Shown here: positions 13,201 to 25,700 of the stretch, piece by piece | Position numbering within the stretch: the first letter of the stretch is position 1 | Layout: each line of letters opens with the position of its first letter | Origin: Hormiphora californensis | Lineage: Eukaryota; Animalia; Ctenophora | Length of the DNA: 64,000 bases | Direction of reading: 5' to 3' | Assembly: GCA_020137815.1 (NCBI GenBank) | Contig: CM035361.1 | Span: forward strand, 4,774,001-4,838,000 | The notes under the pieces: generated by a model | Database searches by the model: none | What the model saw: the letters and a program-made list of their open reading frames with translations, nothing else | What the model was told of the DNA's origin: nothing | Position numbers and translations under genes: made by a program

Positions 13201-16200
13201 TACCTTGTTTGGTGTTAAGGCGAGGTAAAGTCAAACCAATACAATTTCACGGTATTTCAAAAAGTTTCCTTGGGATGTACCAAAATTTCTGAAAGAGTCT
13301 TAAATTGCCGATAGTGCGTCTTGCAAGATTTCGAGTTTTTGTTGAGACATAACGTCTATAAGTACGTCTATAGTACGTCTGATCCGTCTTTACTATGTCT
13401 ATAGTGCGTTTATAGTGCGTCTATAGTGCGTCTATAGTACGTCTATAGTACGTTTTTCTCGTCGCTAAGGCGTCTATACTACGTCTTTACTACGTTTATA
13501 CTATGTCTGACTACGTCTATAGTACGTCTTCGAGTACGTCTGTCGATAATACGTCTGTCGGTATACGTCTATAATACGTCTATAGTACGTCTATAATACG
13601 TCGCTACTACGTCGCTACTACGTCTATACTACGTCTATACTACGTCTCCCGCAAATCGTTATTTGCCAGCTTAGAGTTCATTTTTTCCTGCGGTGGTCTT
13701 AGGGTCACATACGGCAAAATTAAAATAAAACTTTTTATTTAAAAACCAGACACACCAGCGACTGTTAAATACTCTCTCCACTATTCTCACAGTCACAATC
13801 TTGTGCGCCAATTTGACACTGCAGTGGGACATTTTGTCACCCAATATAATGGGACATTTTTTCATCCAACGCGACATTTTAGCATGTTAAAATGTCTGTT
13901 TGGATCACAAAATGGTGCACGAGATTGTGACTGACGACTTTGAGAATAGGGAGGATAATTTTAACAGTCGCTCGCGCTGGCGTGTCTGTGTTAAAAATTA
14001 AAATTTTGCCGTAGGTGACTCTCACTTTAAAGTAAGAGTGGCGTGCCGTGTTTTCTCACAAAACTTAGTGGATTAGTTGGTTACGAAGTTACCCCTTGCC
14101 AGCGCGCGCGAAGGTCGCCCGGCGACCTGAGCTAGGGGTTACAGAACCGGTTTGATTCACTTCAAAAATTAATAGCTCCTCAACCACTCAATGAAAATGC
14201 ACCAAATTTTGGTATTCCCCACCAAATTGTCTGAAAATTACAATTCTGTACTCATATTTGAAAAAATATCTCCGGAACCTTGGTTTTAAGATCAGTTTTA
14301 GGTGTTAATGATGAAATTTTTTTTGAAAAAGTAGGTCAGGTATGCTTAACATCATATTAAAGATCGTGGCAAAGTTTGAAGTTTCTATCTTCAAAGGTCT
14401 GGCCATCAAAATTAAAAAGGTCTTGAAGTTGGACCATTTGTACAAAATATGTTGTAACTCAACTTCTACTTTACCAAATTAAACCTGGTTTGAAACACTG
14501 AACTGCTAATCTATCCCTCCGAATACGGACGAAGTTTGAAACCGCCAGCTCTATTGACCGCTCTGCAATACTTGTTTGTGTCAAAGAAATCAGGAAAGTA
14601 ACAAGATTTGGTCTCGGTGTCGACCTGTGCGCGGCTCAGACCCCTATGCTAGAACTATGTAGTGTAGACTACAACTTTTCAGTCCTTAGTATAACGTTTT
14701 GAGCGCGTTATGAAAATAGGGTAAGCGGTTCTGATACCTCTAAACAGAGTGTGAGGTGTCTTCGATACCAAGTGGATTAGTACCACCAGGGCCATTGGTA
14801 CGGTATCGAAAATTTCCAATTCTGTCGCGTTCATTAGTTATGACGTAATATGTTCATTATTTTAACTTTTATAAAATTACTCTACAGAAAAATCTGTGCA
14901 TTGTGGATTGAAATGGATGCTTGCATCATGTTCAGCGTCAAAAAATATCCGGGGTACCAAATTTTTGTGTCTCTACCTTGTTTGTGACGCGAGATATCGA
15001 AAATTATCAAAAACGACCAAAAATGGGAGAAAGAGAGTTTGCTACCTTTGGGTGCTAGTTGTTTGTGCGCGCACCCAAGTGTAACAATCTCTCTCTCTCG
15101 CCCATTTTGGTCGTTTTTTATAAATGTCAATATCTCGCATCCCAGGCAAGGTAGAGACACCAAAATTTGATACCCCGGCTATTTTTTGCCGCTGAAAACG
15201 ATGTAAGAATCCATTTCAATCCACAATGTACAGATCTTTCTGTAGAGCAATTTTATGAAAGTTGAAATAATGAACATATTACGTCATAACTAAAGAACGA
15301 GACAGAATCAAAAAAACTTTTTTTAATATTTCAAAGTCAATATCGTGAAAAAAATTGCTAAGTCAATTTTGCCGTACGAATCGCGTTGCGAATCAGTGAT
15401 GCTATCCGGCAATACTGTCGCTAATTAACAGTGATCGAAATATGAATCGTGTCCACTGTTCCTTAAATTTCCTAATTAGATTTGATGGGGGATCACGTAT
15501 CAGCACAATCCATCTCGGACCCGCAAATTAGCAACATCACTCCCGCTTAGCATTGCCGATTCCAAACACGATTCGTACGCAAAAATTGGCATAGAAAGTT
15601 TTCCATAAAATTGACTTTGTAATTTTTTCACAACATTGACTTTTCCAAACTTTTTTACAAAACTAGGGAACCCCGCAAGTAGAGCCCCCGTCGACTACAA
15701 AATTTGGTGGTTCGGCCAAAATTTTAAACCGAACCGAACCGCCGAAAAAACACCGAATCACCGAACCGAACCGAATATTCGGTAGCTTCCTCACTAACTA
15801 TAGGGTAGACCGGGGTAATTTGGACGGTTTTGGCATTCAATTGGTATTTCAAGAGCCATTAATTTACTTAATCAATTAGTTAGCTACTCAATTTGTGCAA
15901 CTGAACCTTTATCTTGAGCCTCAGAACAAATTTGAATCGAAAACATAACTTTTAGATAGCTAATTAACCTTGTTAATGAAGGTAAGTCGGAATATTTTTG
16001 ATCGCGAGACACGGGGCAATTTGGACTAGTGGCTTCTACACCAATCACAATGCGCGCATTCAGTCACGTGACCGCGACACACCACATTGCCCCAGCTGTA
16101 AATCTGCGATGTAAATCAGACCGAGGTTGGGGCTATTTGGACAAACTCAGATTGTAGCCACAGTTTTTGAGATATCGATTTCAAACTTTTCAGTCATCTA

Positions 16201-19200
16201 GTAGTTTAGTATCCCGTGCTATTCCTTTTTTCAAAATTAGTTAATTAAGTAGTAATTAGCCTAATTAACCAAAAAATTAAGTGTTCATCAGATCTATATC
16301 TATAGGGTGCATTTTCGAAAGCTCAGGATTAGCCTAGTCGATTAGAAAAAGATTTAATCTAATCCCAGATAGGGTTTTTGAGAAAATCGACATCAAAGAT
16401 CAAAAAACCACAAATAAAGCTACGGTTTTCAAAGGAATGCTGTTTGTGTTTTCAGGTGCTTACAAGGCCAGAAATTACTATTATGGGGATCCAGTCTTAT
16501 TATTATGTTAGTGGCCGATTCCCACTCAATGCCGATTCCCACTCAATGCAATTCCCTGGGGTTACTATAGCAACGGAGTTTGTTACCATTATAGTAACCG
16601 GCGAATTTGCATTAATGTACTATTTTCTTGCTCCAAATTCACCCATTACATCCGTATTATTAGACTATCGATTATTTAAACATGATTGTGAGTCACAATG
16701 AGACATCAGACTACCTTCATCAGTTACCAGCCAGTCAGTGGCTTTGGTTATCAAATGTATGCATATTGCTCTAAGTTAGCCTGTAATTTATCCCTTTATT
16801 CAGTTATATCAGCTGCATATAATGGATGATTATCATGATAAAGCATTACTTTTGGTCATCAAAGCACCAGTCCTAGATAGTCTGGAGCACCCTATGAAGT
16901 TGGTTTGTCGAATGCCACACCATGGATTGACTTGTTACCTTGGCATCCCGAGAACTGGTTGTAAAATGCGCCTTTTTTCTATTTTTTTGGTCTATTTACT
17001 CAGTTTTAGCCATCTATATTGATTGAATAGGATAATTATGAAAGCAGGTTGTCTATGGTTACCATAGAAACGAGTATAATCGCGCCATGAGGCCAATTTG
17101 TTTTAACCAATTTGCCCCATGGGGCAATTTGGTCTAGTCCAAATTGCCCCATGGGGCAATCTGGATTATGACCGAATTGCCCCCGATTTTTTCGTCCGAA
17201 TTGCCCCAAATTGTCCGAATTGCCCCGCTTCATTAAAATGCCAATTAGCTAATTAAATCGAAAGCTAATGTCATTTTGATGATGAAACTGAATAGAAAAT
17301 TATCATATTGTGAAATTCTGACCTTTAATTTAAATAATCATCATAATTAAGTTTACCGAAATAAAGTTTAACTTTAAAGTCGTCATTTTTCGTTATTTCA
17401 CACTAAACACCACAATTTAAAAGTCCCATATAAATCACTAGTCCACATTGCCCCGTCCTGTGACCACATTGCCCCACCGTCCAAATTACCCCGGTCTACC
17501 CTAGCTATGTATCTGTGCATTAATCTAAATCAAACCCAGATAATATTCTATTTTCTACAATACTATGTTACCTCCCGTTTTTTGGGAGTCTGTAAGTTAA
17601 ATATTTCCTGAGATACACGTAACGTAACCCGCTCAGTTGCGAGGGACAACGGTGTTGCTCCTTCATCAAATACTTCAATGGCACGTTTTCAGGAAATCTC
17701 AGGATATTTTTCCCCCGAGGATGCCACTAAATCGGGGTCCGACTGTACTACTAAAACACAATCATTTGTTCTATAGGCGGGAGACACACTGAAGTTGGGC
17801 GCACTCGTTCAAATCTCAACCTCGCAACACACAAGCTGAAGTTCAAAGTTCGAAGTTTCGCGAAAACCCATTTTCGGCTGAGAAATCATTTGTAAGAGGC
17901 TAACTTATTTACTGGTACATCTCTCGAGGTGTCCTTTATCCATACTGAGTCAATTTCACCGTTTTTGAAATTTTTGGCTAATCCGGTCATATGCATAGTG
18001 GTCCTAATTCACCAAAAATTTTAAAAACGGTGAAATTGACCCGGTATTGAAAAAGGACACCTCGAGAGATGTACCATTGTACCAGTAAATAAACTAGCAT
18101 CTTACAAATGATTTCTCAGCCGAAAATTGGGTTTCGCGAAACTTTGAACTTTTCCGCGAAACTTCGAACTCCGAACTTCAGTGTGTGTCGCGAGGTTGAG
18201 AGTTGAACGCGCGCGACCAACCTCAGTGTGTCTCCCCCCATACGGTTTGAGTGATTCATAAATGATCGGAAATGTCTGACCCGCCTTCACATTAGATGGT
18301 TATGAAAATAAAGGTTGGCGGGGAAACATAGTACAGGGTGTCCCACTGTCTTTGCATCACCTGTGATTTTGGGTCATGACCGGGCTCCATTAAACTAACC
18401 ACAACTCATCGAAAAATTGGTCAAAATGGTTCTAACAAAAACTAGTGTTCTAGAGAACTGTCTGGCGAACATTTTGGTGGCAAGATTGACGTTCCAAGTC
18501 TTACCAATCGTCAGATATATCGTCGTAAAGTCAAAAATACATGTTCATGAAATCCGACCGGAGTTCACGTTTTGAAAAATTCACAAATGCAAAGTTGCTC
18601 GGATCACATTGCATCCCTCATAAGAGTTGTAGGAAATTGTCTGGCGGTCATTTTGGTACCCGGGTTTTTGTCCTAGCTCAATGTTTAGAGTGTCTTATGA
18701 CTGTCAGAACTGGAATTTTTCCAAAAGTGGTCTCAGGTATCGCATTGCATTTTGCCCTGTTATGAAGCTCATTGCTGCTTGAATAACATGTTAGTGCATG
18801 ATAGGGTTGAGATAGACCACTTGCGTATCCTACACATTAACAGGGGCCTTGCCAAATCGTCATAACAACCCTGTCAAGTGTCTAGATGAAATTGAGACGA
18901 TATGTGCTGATTATCATGGGATTACACACGACACCGAGCCACCTAATTAGGGGTTGTGAGCCGATACCAACTAAGACTCAGCATAGAACAATTTTCATGT
19001 TCCTACAGTCATAACGCAACTAAAACATAGAGCTATGGAAAAAATCATGGTATCAAAATGAACCTTAGACGATTCCAATGAAGCTCTTGTAAATTTCAAA
19101 TCATTTTACCCATTTGTTGATGACACGTGATCCCCTCAAAAATGCTGGTTGAATTTCGTCTTTAGACAGTCATAAGACACTCTAAACATTGAGCTAGGAC

Positions 19201-21332
19201 AAAAACCCGGGTACCAAAATGACCGCCAGACAATTTCCTACAACTCTTATGAGGGATGCAATGTGATCCGAGCAACTTTGCATTTGTGAATTTTTCAAAA
19301 CGTGAACTCCGGTCGGATTTCATGAACGTGTATTTTTGACTTTACGACGATATATCGGACGATTGGTAAGACTTGGAACGTCAATCTTGCCACCAAAATG
19401 TTCGCCAGACAGTTCTCTAGAACACTAGTTTTTGTTAGAACCATTTTGACCAATTTTTCGATGAGTTGTGGTTAGTTTAATGGAGCCCGGTCATGACCCA
19501 AAATCACAGGTGATGCAAAGACAGTGGGACACCCTGTATTATGAAACATAATGCAGTTATTTCTTGTTGTCTTCCTGTATTCTTCTGTCTGGCGCCGCCG
19601 ACCCCATCAGAGCTTAAATTTTGTTGCGGAGCTCGCGAAAACGAGGTCGAGTCAGGCAATACAAATCCTGTCTGGCGCCGCCGACCCCATTTGAGAATCA
19701 AATTGGGGTATGGGCGCCGCCATACAGGGCAAATCTGAGCGCACTGTTGAGGATCGAATTGGGGACTTTTGAATGCCTAAAATACTAGTTAGATTTAGAA
19801 GTTTGTATTAGTAGAGTCGATAACTACATCGACCTCTCCCAATTGTTCCAGTTTTTGTCACATCTGTTTGGAGCCTCGACACAACCTCTAAACAGGTGTT
19901 ACTTTTTCGCAAACTGTTTTCATCTTGGTGTAATCAGCAGTTGAAATGTTGCTGATCATAACAAAAACCTGACTAAATTTTTTCAACTTGGGGTAAAACC
20001 ATGGGTGTCAAAAGTTAGCTCTAGGTCCCCTGAGTAACCATCCGGAGACTCTAAGAGATATTTCAAGCCGTTCTCCCGTAATCATTAATCCCGGTGGAGA
20101 AAAAAATACAATGCGGACGTACGTGAGCGCTGGCAGGCTGTTTACATGTTATTGTATGTCTCTCACTCTCTCTGGAAAAACCGCACGTGCGGTTGCGCCG
20201 CGCGAGATAACTCTTTCTCAAGGGGGAGAAAAGAGAGAGACGCACATTAACGTTATACATTAAAGTTGAGGTTGTAGGCAATTGCACGTACGTCCATACT
20301 CAAATATTTGCTCTACCGGGATTAATGATTACAGGAGAACGGCTTGAAATATCTCTTGGAGTCTCCGGATGGTTACTCAGGGGACCTATAGCTAACTTTT
20401 GACACCCATGGTTTTACCCCAAGTTGAAAAAATTTAGTCAGGTTTTTGTTATGATCAGCAACATTTCAACTGCTGATTACACCAAGATGAAAACAGTTTG
20501 CGAAAAAGTAACACCTGTTTAGAGGTCGTGTCGAGGCTCCAAACAGATGTGACAAAAACTGGAACAATTGGGAGAGGTCGATGTAGTTATCGACTCTACT
20601 ATATCCTGGTAGAGTGCTCGATCCGGGGATGCGGAGAGCTGAACTATTGTGACAAGTGAAACTAGTTAGATTTAGAAGTTTGTATCCTGGTAGAGTGCTC
20701 GATCCGGGGATGCGGAGAGCTGAACTATTGTGACAAGTGAAACAAGGTTTTACAAAATTTTGTAAAACCTTGTTTCACTTATCACAATAGAATGCCTAAA
20801 ATACATTTTTTTCGGGGCCTTCGTCCCCTACGTAAACAGAATGAAGCTGGAGAGCCAATTTTATTTCTCTCATGATGGACTTCTAAATGCCTAAAATGAG
20901 TGAAAATCGGTTTAAAAAATCTAACATTTTCCGGGGGCCTCGCCCCTAGGGCCTAGAGTCTAGGCCCTAGACCCTCAAAAGGGGTTCGACCATGAACCCC
21001 ATTGGGGAAGGGGGCCTGCGGCCCTCAAACCCCCTGCAGCTGTGCATAAAAAATTACAGTGCTTCGCACCGGCCGGCGGCCCCACCTCAATAATATCAAC
21101 AAACCAAACATTTCAGGCTGAATTAAAAGTTGAAAGATGGAGGGGTTGTGCGAAAGAGACTTATACCTGTGATACATTGGAAACATTTAATAAAGGAGTG
21201 TTTGGAGACATATATAAGCAAAAAGATTGCAAAATTACCTACTGTGATACTGATAACTGTAATGGTGCCGGATCAGCTTGGATCGCCAGTACCCTTCTAG
21301 CTCTGCCCCTCTTTCTGGCCATAGTGTATTAG
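10222..21332 (+). CDS. GPI-anchored Ly6/uPAR (three-finger) protein, copy A, 146 aa
   Basis: Exons 10222-10314, 12085-12216 and 21117-21332, all phase-0 GT-AG. Signal peptide MANFLALAIGLMSVMVATQG, LECYQC start, 10 Cys, CDTDNCN end motif, hydrophobic GPI signal GAGSAWIASTLLALPLFLAIVY. Confidence 0.9.
10487..10763. mobile_element. PIF/Harbinger-type palindromic MITE (GGGTCACCACACACC)
   Basis: Near-perfect palindrome with TTA/TAA flanks; second copy at 26705-26982; absent from paralog B intron 1. Confidence 0.8.
10885..11758. mobile_element. Tc1/mariner-type MITE, long form, nested in a second palindromic element (~10784-11863)
   Basis: TA|CAGTCGGACCCCGATTTAACGG...TCCGACTG|TA; inverted copy at 62358-63178. 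Confidence 0.85.
12477..13667. mobile_element. TIR element with ~10-bp subterminal repeats and 9-bp TSD (MULE/Merlin-like)
   Basis: TIR GGCAAATAACGATTTGCGGGA; TSD AGCTTGGAG/AGCTTAGAG; (GACGTAGTATA)-like repeats. Confidence 0.75.
13103..13224 (+). pseudogene. Degraded duplicate of Ly6 copy A exon 2
   Basis: GAAAAGGAGAAGGCTGATGACTTCGTGGACTG...GGCGAG|GTAAAG with several deletions; may be an assembly artefact. Confidence 0.55.
15803..17501. mobile_element. Non-autonomous TA-TSD element (pogo/Tc1-like)
   Basis: TA|GGGTAGACCGGGGTAATTTGGACGG...CCGTCCAAATTACCCCGGTCTACCC|TA. Confidence 0.8.
17776..18239. mobile_element. Palindromic MITE (GGGAGACACACTGA), PIF-like
   Basis: Inverted arms; another copy at 35721-36169 has a TTA TSD. 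Confidence 0.75.
18334..19536. mobile_element. Tc1/mariner-type foldback element
   Basis: TA|CAGGGTGTCCCACTGTC...GACAGTGGGACACCCTG|TA with ~370-bp inverted arms; partial relative at ~30205-30705. Confidence 0.85.
19809..20601. mobile_element. Foldback element with ~290-bp inverted arms
   Basis: TAGTAGAGTCGATAACTAC...GTAGTTATCGACTCTACTA; the empty-site sequence GTTTGTATCCTGG is visible in the adjacent duplicate at ~20678. Confidence 0.8.
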
Positions 21333-21379
21333 ACGTGGTAACTCGAACCAAAATATCTTATGTATTAATATTATGTATA

Positions 21380-21587
21380 GGGTAGCGACTGGCTATTTGA
21401 AATGGCGGCTAATTCAAAACATCCCCTCTGCAGGCCAGCAGGTGCACCAGATCAGATATATGGATTTTTAGACTTCAGTGGGCCTGGCATGAGTTCTTAT
21501 GTCTAATAATTCAAATCTGGTGCACCTGCTGGCCTGTAGAGGGGGTGTTTCAAATTAGCCGCCATTTCAAATAGCCAGTCGCTACCC
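21380..21587. mobile_element. Palindromic MITE just downstream of the Ly6 A stop codon
   Basis: TA|GGGTAGCGACTGGC...GCCAGTCGCTACCC|TA; a partly deleted counterpart at ~43034-43171 shows it predates the duplication. Confidence 0.8.
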
Positions 21588-22785
21588 TAATTATTAGCGA
21601 CCGAAGACTAGAGTGTGATAAAGAACTTTTTAGTTTTTTTGACAACTATTTTGGGTAACGTATACCTACATTTAATCTTTATTTATTACTTACTCAACAA
21701 GTCTCGTCTACATTTTAGCTAACTATATACCATGGTATACCAGACTACACCAACCTACACGTCAGAATGTTGGCATTTGTGCTAATTGGTACTTAAGGGC
21801 GGAATCACACTGCTCCTGCAAAAGAATTGTTTCGACGCACCAAACCCAATCACACTGAAAAGTTTGGTTGGTTCTGCACAGCAGGCGCTCAGTTGTTGTG
21901 AACGCCTGCTGTGCGCGGCGCATTGGCACGTGCATCTTGGGCGCTGGCAGGCTTCTACCAAGCTCCAGTCTTCACGTCCAAACTTCTAGAGGGAGAGATA
22001 ATCTCTATTATAATTTGGAGATGAACGTCGAAGTGCAGTCGTTCGTTCAGTGCGTTTCTACGCGACAGGCTGCTCCTTCATAAAACACTTTATATGACCA
22101 AAGCTGTGAAGCTGTATTTCACAGTTTTATAACTTCCAGTGGAAGTTTGTTGGTATTTTCGAATGAATTTAACATGCCAGTCCCCATAGTTACCAATTCA
22201 GTTGCCATGGCAACCGTTTTTTCACGTTGAAAGTGACGAAAAGAACCACCCGGCGAAGCCGGGTGGGTTATCAAATAAACCTTTACTTGAGGCGCACCCA
22301 ATGGGTGCGCTAGTCTATATTATAATTTGGAGATGTCGCGTCGAAGTCGTTCGTTCAGCGGTATCTATAACGCGCGTTATAGATACCGCTGAACGAACGA
22401 CAGACTGCTCCTTCATTAAAACACTTTATGTGACCAAAGCTGTAAAGCTGTCATTCACACTTTTGGGAGTTTCTAAATACTTTCGGATGAATTTTAACAA
22501 TTCAGTCCGGGTTCAGTCCCCATAAATACCGTTTCAGTTGCCATGGCAACCATAATTTTGGCGTTAACTACCTATGAGGGATATTATACGATTCTTACTT
22601 AAGTTAGCAGGTGCTGATTGATTTCGCAATCGCTTACTGGAGTAAACGACAGGTGCTGACTGTTTTCCAAAATAACTCTTATTTTCTTGTAAGAGATATC
22701 AAGAGTAAGAGAATGGTGATTCCATTTTCTTGTGTGGTAAGCGCCGCTACTTAGCGACGTATAAACTCTTAAAACTCTTAACTGA

Positions 22786-25700
22786 CGGGGGGTCACAGCA
22801 TCTGGTCACGTGAAAGGTCGCGTGATAAGTCCTAGAGCACAGGGATAGCCTGTGACTTCGTACATGTGATAGATAACAGCCAATTTTGCCCCTTTTATCT
22901 TCCCCTTATTGATTGCTGCATGTCATAGGGGAGGAGGCACATAGGTCCGATGCTGAGTAATGACAGAACACCTAGGGGTGGTTAACCACGTGTCCTAAAA
23001 AGACTGGCTGTATTTTATGTACGGTGGCAAACGTGGGCTAAAGTGTGTAGTGAACCACTGAACATGCACCACTCTGCCTTCTATAGGCTTAGTGGAACAA
23101 ACCAGTTGTAAATTATGCACTCAGAGTCCTTCAGTTCAACTCCCATTTTATGTTGTCCTGGCTAACTCTAGAGAGATCCAAACCCCTTGCTAGTGATTCA
23201 TGTTACTACGGTCACAAATTCATTATAAAATCTCTTCTACCCAGCGCCAGCTGGAAGTGTAGTAGAGTCGGTTCGCCGCCTTTATTTCTAATGCTATGAT
23301 TGTCTTGTCTGTGGAGTCACGCCCGCAGACGTAAATGCAGTGAAAGAAAAACAATGATGGAAAGTTTTTATAAGGATATTAGCCAAACGTTCATTGGAAC
23401 TCTAAACTGTCGTACCTTACGTACAGTCGAACGGCAAGAGGAGCTGGCTTATAAGTTCTGCAATAGCAAACTTGGTGTGCTCGCAATTCAAGAACATCGG
23501 ATAGTGCATGCACCGGGTGAGGTTATACGCATTACTCCGGCTGGGTCAGACTGCATCCTCTTAACATCTACAGCCGAGAGAAACCAGAGAGGGGCTTCAG
23601 TGGGGGGCGTGGGGATCGCCATGAGGGCAGCAGCGTGGAAGCTGATTACGGAGAAGGAGGTTGTCTCACCTCGCATCCTAAAGGTTACGTTTGCAGGGAA
23701 CCCTCGTTTCACTGTAGTCTCTGTGTATTCACCAACTGAGGGCTACAGCAGAGATGAAGTAGAGAAGTTTCACCATGACCTAAGGGATTGTATAAACACT
23801 ATCCCTGCCCACAATCTAGTGGTCGTGGCGGGAGATTTCAATGCGAAACTCGGCTGGTCGGATTCCCCCTCAGGATGGTACTACCACAAGAGCACTAGCC
23901 CTAATGGACTCTGTCTGAAGGAGACTCTACGGGAGGCGAACATGGAGGTTGCTAATGTGCGTTTTCAGAAACGGAAATGCCGCCTCTGGACTCACCTTTC
24001 GGACGGTACTCTCAGTAAATCCACCAAGGACTATATACTAGTGCGTAGGAAATGGCGGAACAGTATCAAGGACGCCGATGTATCTGAGATATTTAGTTCT
24101 CTCGGATCGGACCATAGGGCGGTCACTGTTAAACTGAAGCTAACACTGCGGAAACGTAAAACACCCCCGGGGAGGACCTCTTACTGCTACGAAGAGCTGA
24201 AATCTAGCCCAGAACTGCAGGAGAGGTTCTCTGTGGAGGTGCATAACCGCTTCGCAGTGTTAGATTCAGCCATAGAAAACAGGGAAGATGCGACCGAGCG
24301 ATATGGATGTCTAGTTGAAGCTGTTGGGCAGACGAGCAAAGCTCTACTGGGGAAGAAGCGAAAGAGGATCAGAGACGTGGTGGCTGATGATTTCAGGGTT
24401 AAACGAGCAAGGGAAAATGTGGAGACTGCAAGCCAGCAGTACCATTCTGCCCCATCTGAGGAAACCTTGGATAGAATCGGAACCGCGAAGAAGGACCTAC
24501 AGAATGCGTACGAAAATGTGCACTCTGAAATTCTGGAGAACAAGATTAGTAAGGTTGAGGTTGCTACTAAGCACGCCAAGACCAGGGAAAGCTGGAGGTT
24601 GATCAACGAAATTTCGGGACGACACCAGCGAGAGCAAAGTCAGATTGAGGGTGACTCAGCCGATGATAGAGTTGAGATATGGTACAACCATTTCAAGACC
24701 CTACTCGGGACACAGGTTGAATCGACTGATGGAGATCTGGAAATTCCGGAGATTCACCCTCCTGGCCCAATCGAAGTTGGCCCCTTTACCCGAGACGAGC
24801 TGAAGTCAGCGAAGTCTAGACTGAAGGAAGCCAAGGCGTTTGGGGATGACTCAATCCCTCCAGAAGTACTAAAGAGATGCGATGTGGATGACATTGTACT
24901 GGAGTTCTGTAACGGAGCACTAAATGGGGAAGGAGTCCCGGATCAGTGGCGAATAAGCAACCTGATCCCAGTCCCAAAAAAGGGCGACCTTTCAAAACCC
25001 GGCAACTACCGTGGGATAGCTCTGACTTCGATTGTAGCTAAAACGCTAAATCGGATGATCCTCCACAGAATTAGGCCCCATGTGGAAACTCTGCTCAGCG
25101 ATAATCAGAACGGGTTCAGGGAAGGCCGATCCACTACTAATCATGTTCTCACTTTGAGGCGGATTCTTGAAGGTGCGAGGGCAAAGAATCTTCCTGTTGC
25201 GATGGTATTTATAGATTTCTGTAAAGCCTTCGACAGCATCAACAGGAAATCTTTGATGAAGATTCTCAGAGCGTATGGGATCCCAGCACGGATAGTGGAC
25301 CTTATATCTTGGCTCTACACAAACACAAGGGCAAAGGTCATTACCGCTGATGGAGAATCTGCTCTCTTTGAAATTGTTGCCGGAGTGTTACAGGGCGATA
25401 CGCTCGCACCCTATTTATTTATAATAGCACTGGATTACTGCATCAGTACGGCACTCTCGAGGCACCCGGAGATTGGTTTCACCATCCAACCAGCACGGGG
25501 TACCAGATCTCGACCGATTGAGGCTCAACGGGTATCGGATACGGAGTTTGCTGACGATCTAGCGCTCCTTGCCGACTCTACTGAACAACTTGGAACTCTG
25601 CTCAAGGAGGTGGAAACCGTGTGTGGCCAAATTGGCCTCCGTTGTAACCTTGGTAAGACAGAATTCCTGACAGAGGGCATCGATAACCCAGGGCAGTTAA

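Larger units (their letters stand above)
8406..21785 (+). repeat. Segmental duplication copy A (Ly6 locus), paralogous to ~27568-43395
   Basis: Colinear near-identical blocks: 8406/27568 GAACTCGATCTCTTCTTTCTAAAGAGCCC, upstream region, three exons, intron flanks and 3' region. Confidence 0.85.

Noticed and set aside
22786-23100. HDV-like ribozyme in the RTE 5' UTR
   Set aside because: A GGCAAAC...GGCTAA stretch is present, but I could not build P1, P2 and P3 in the required order.
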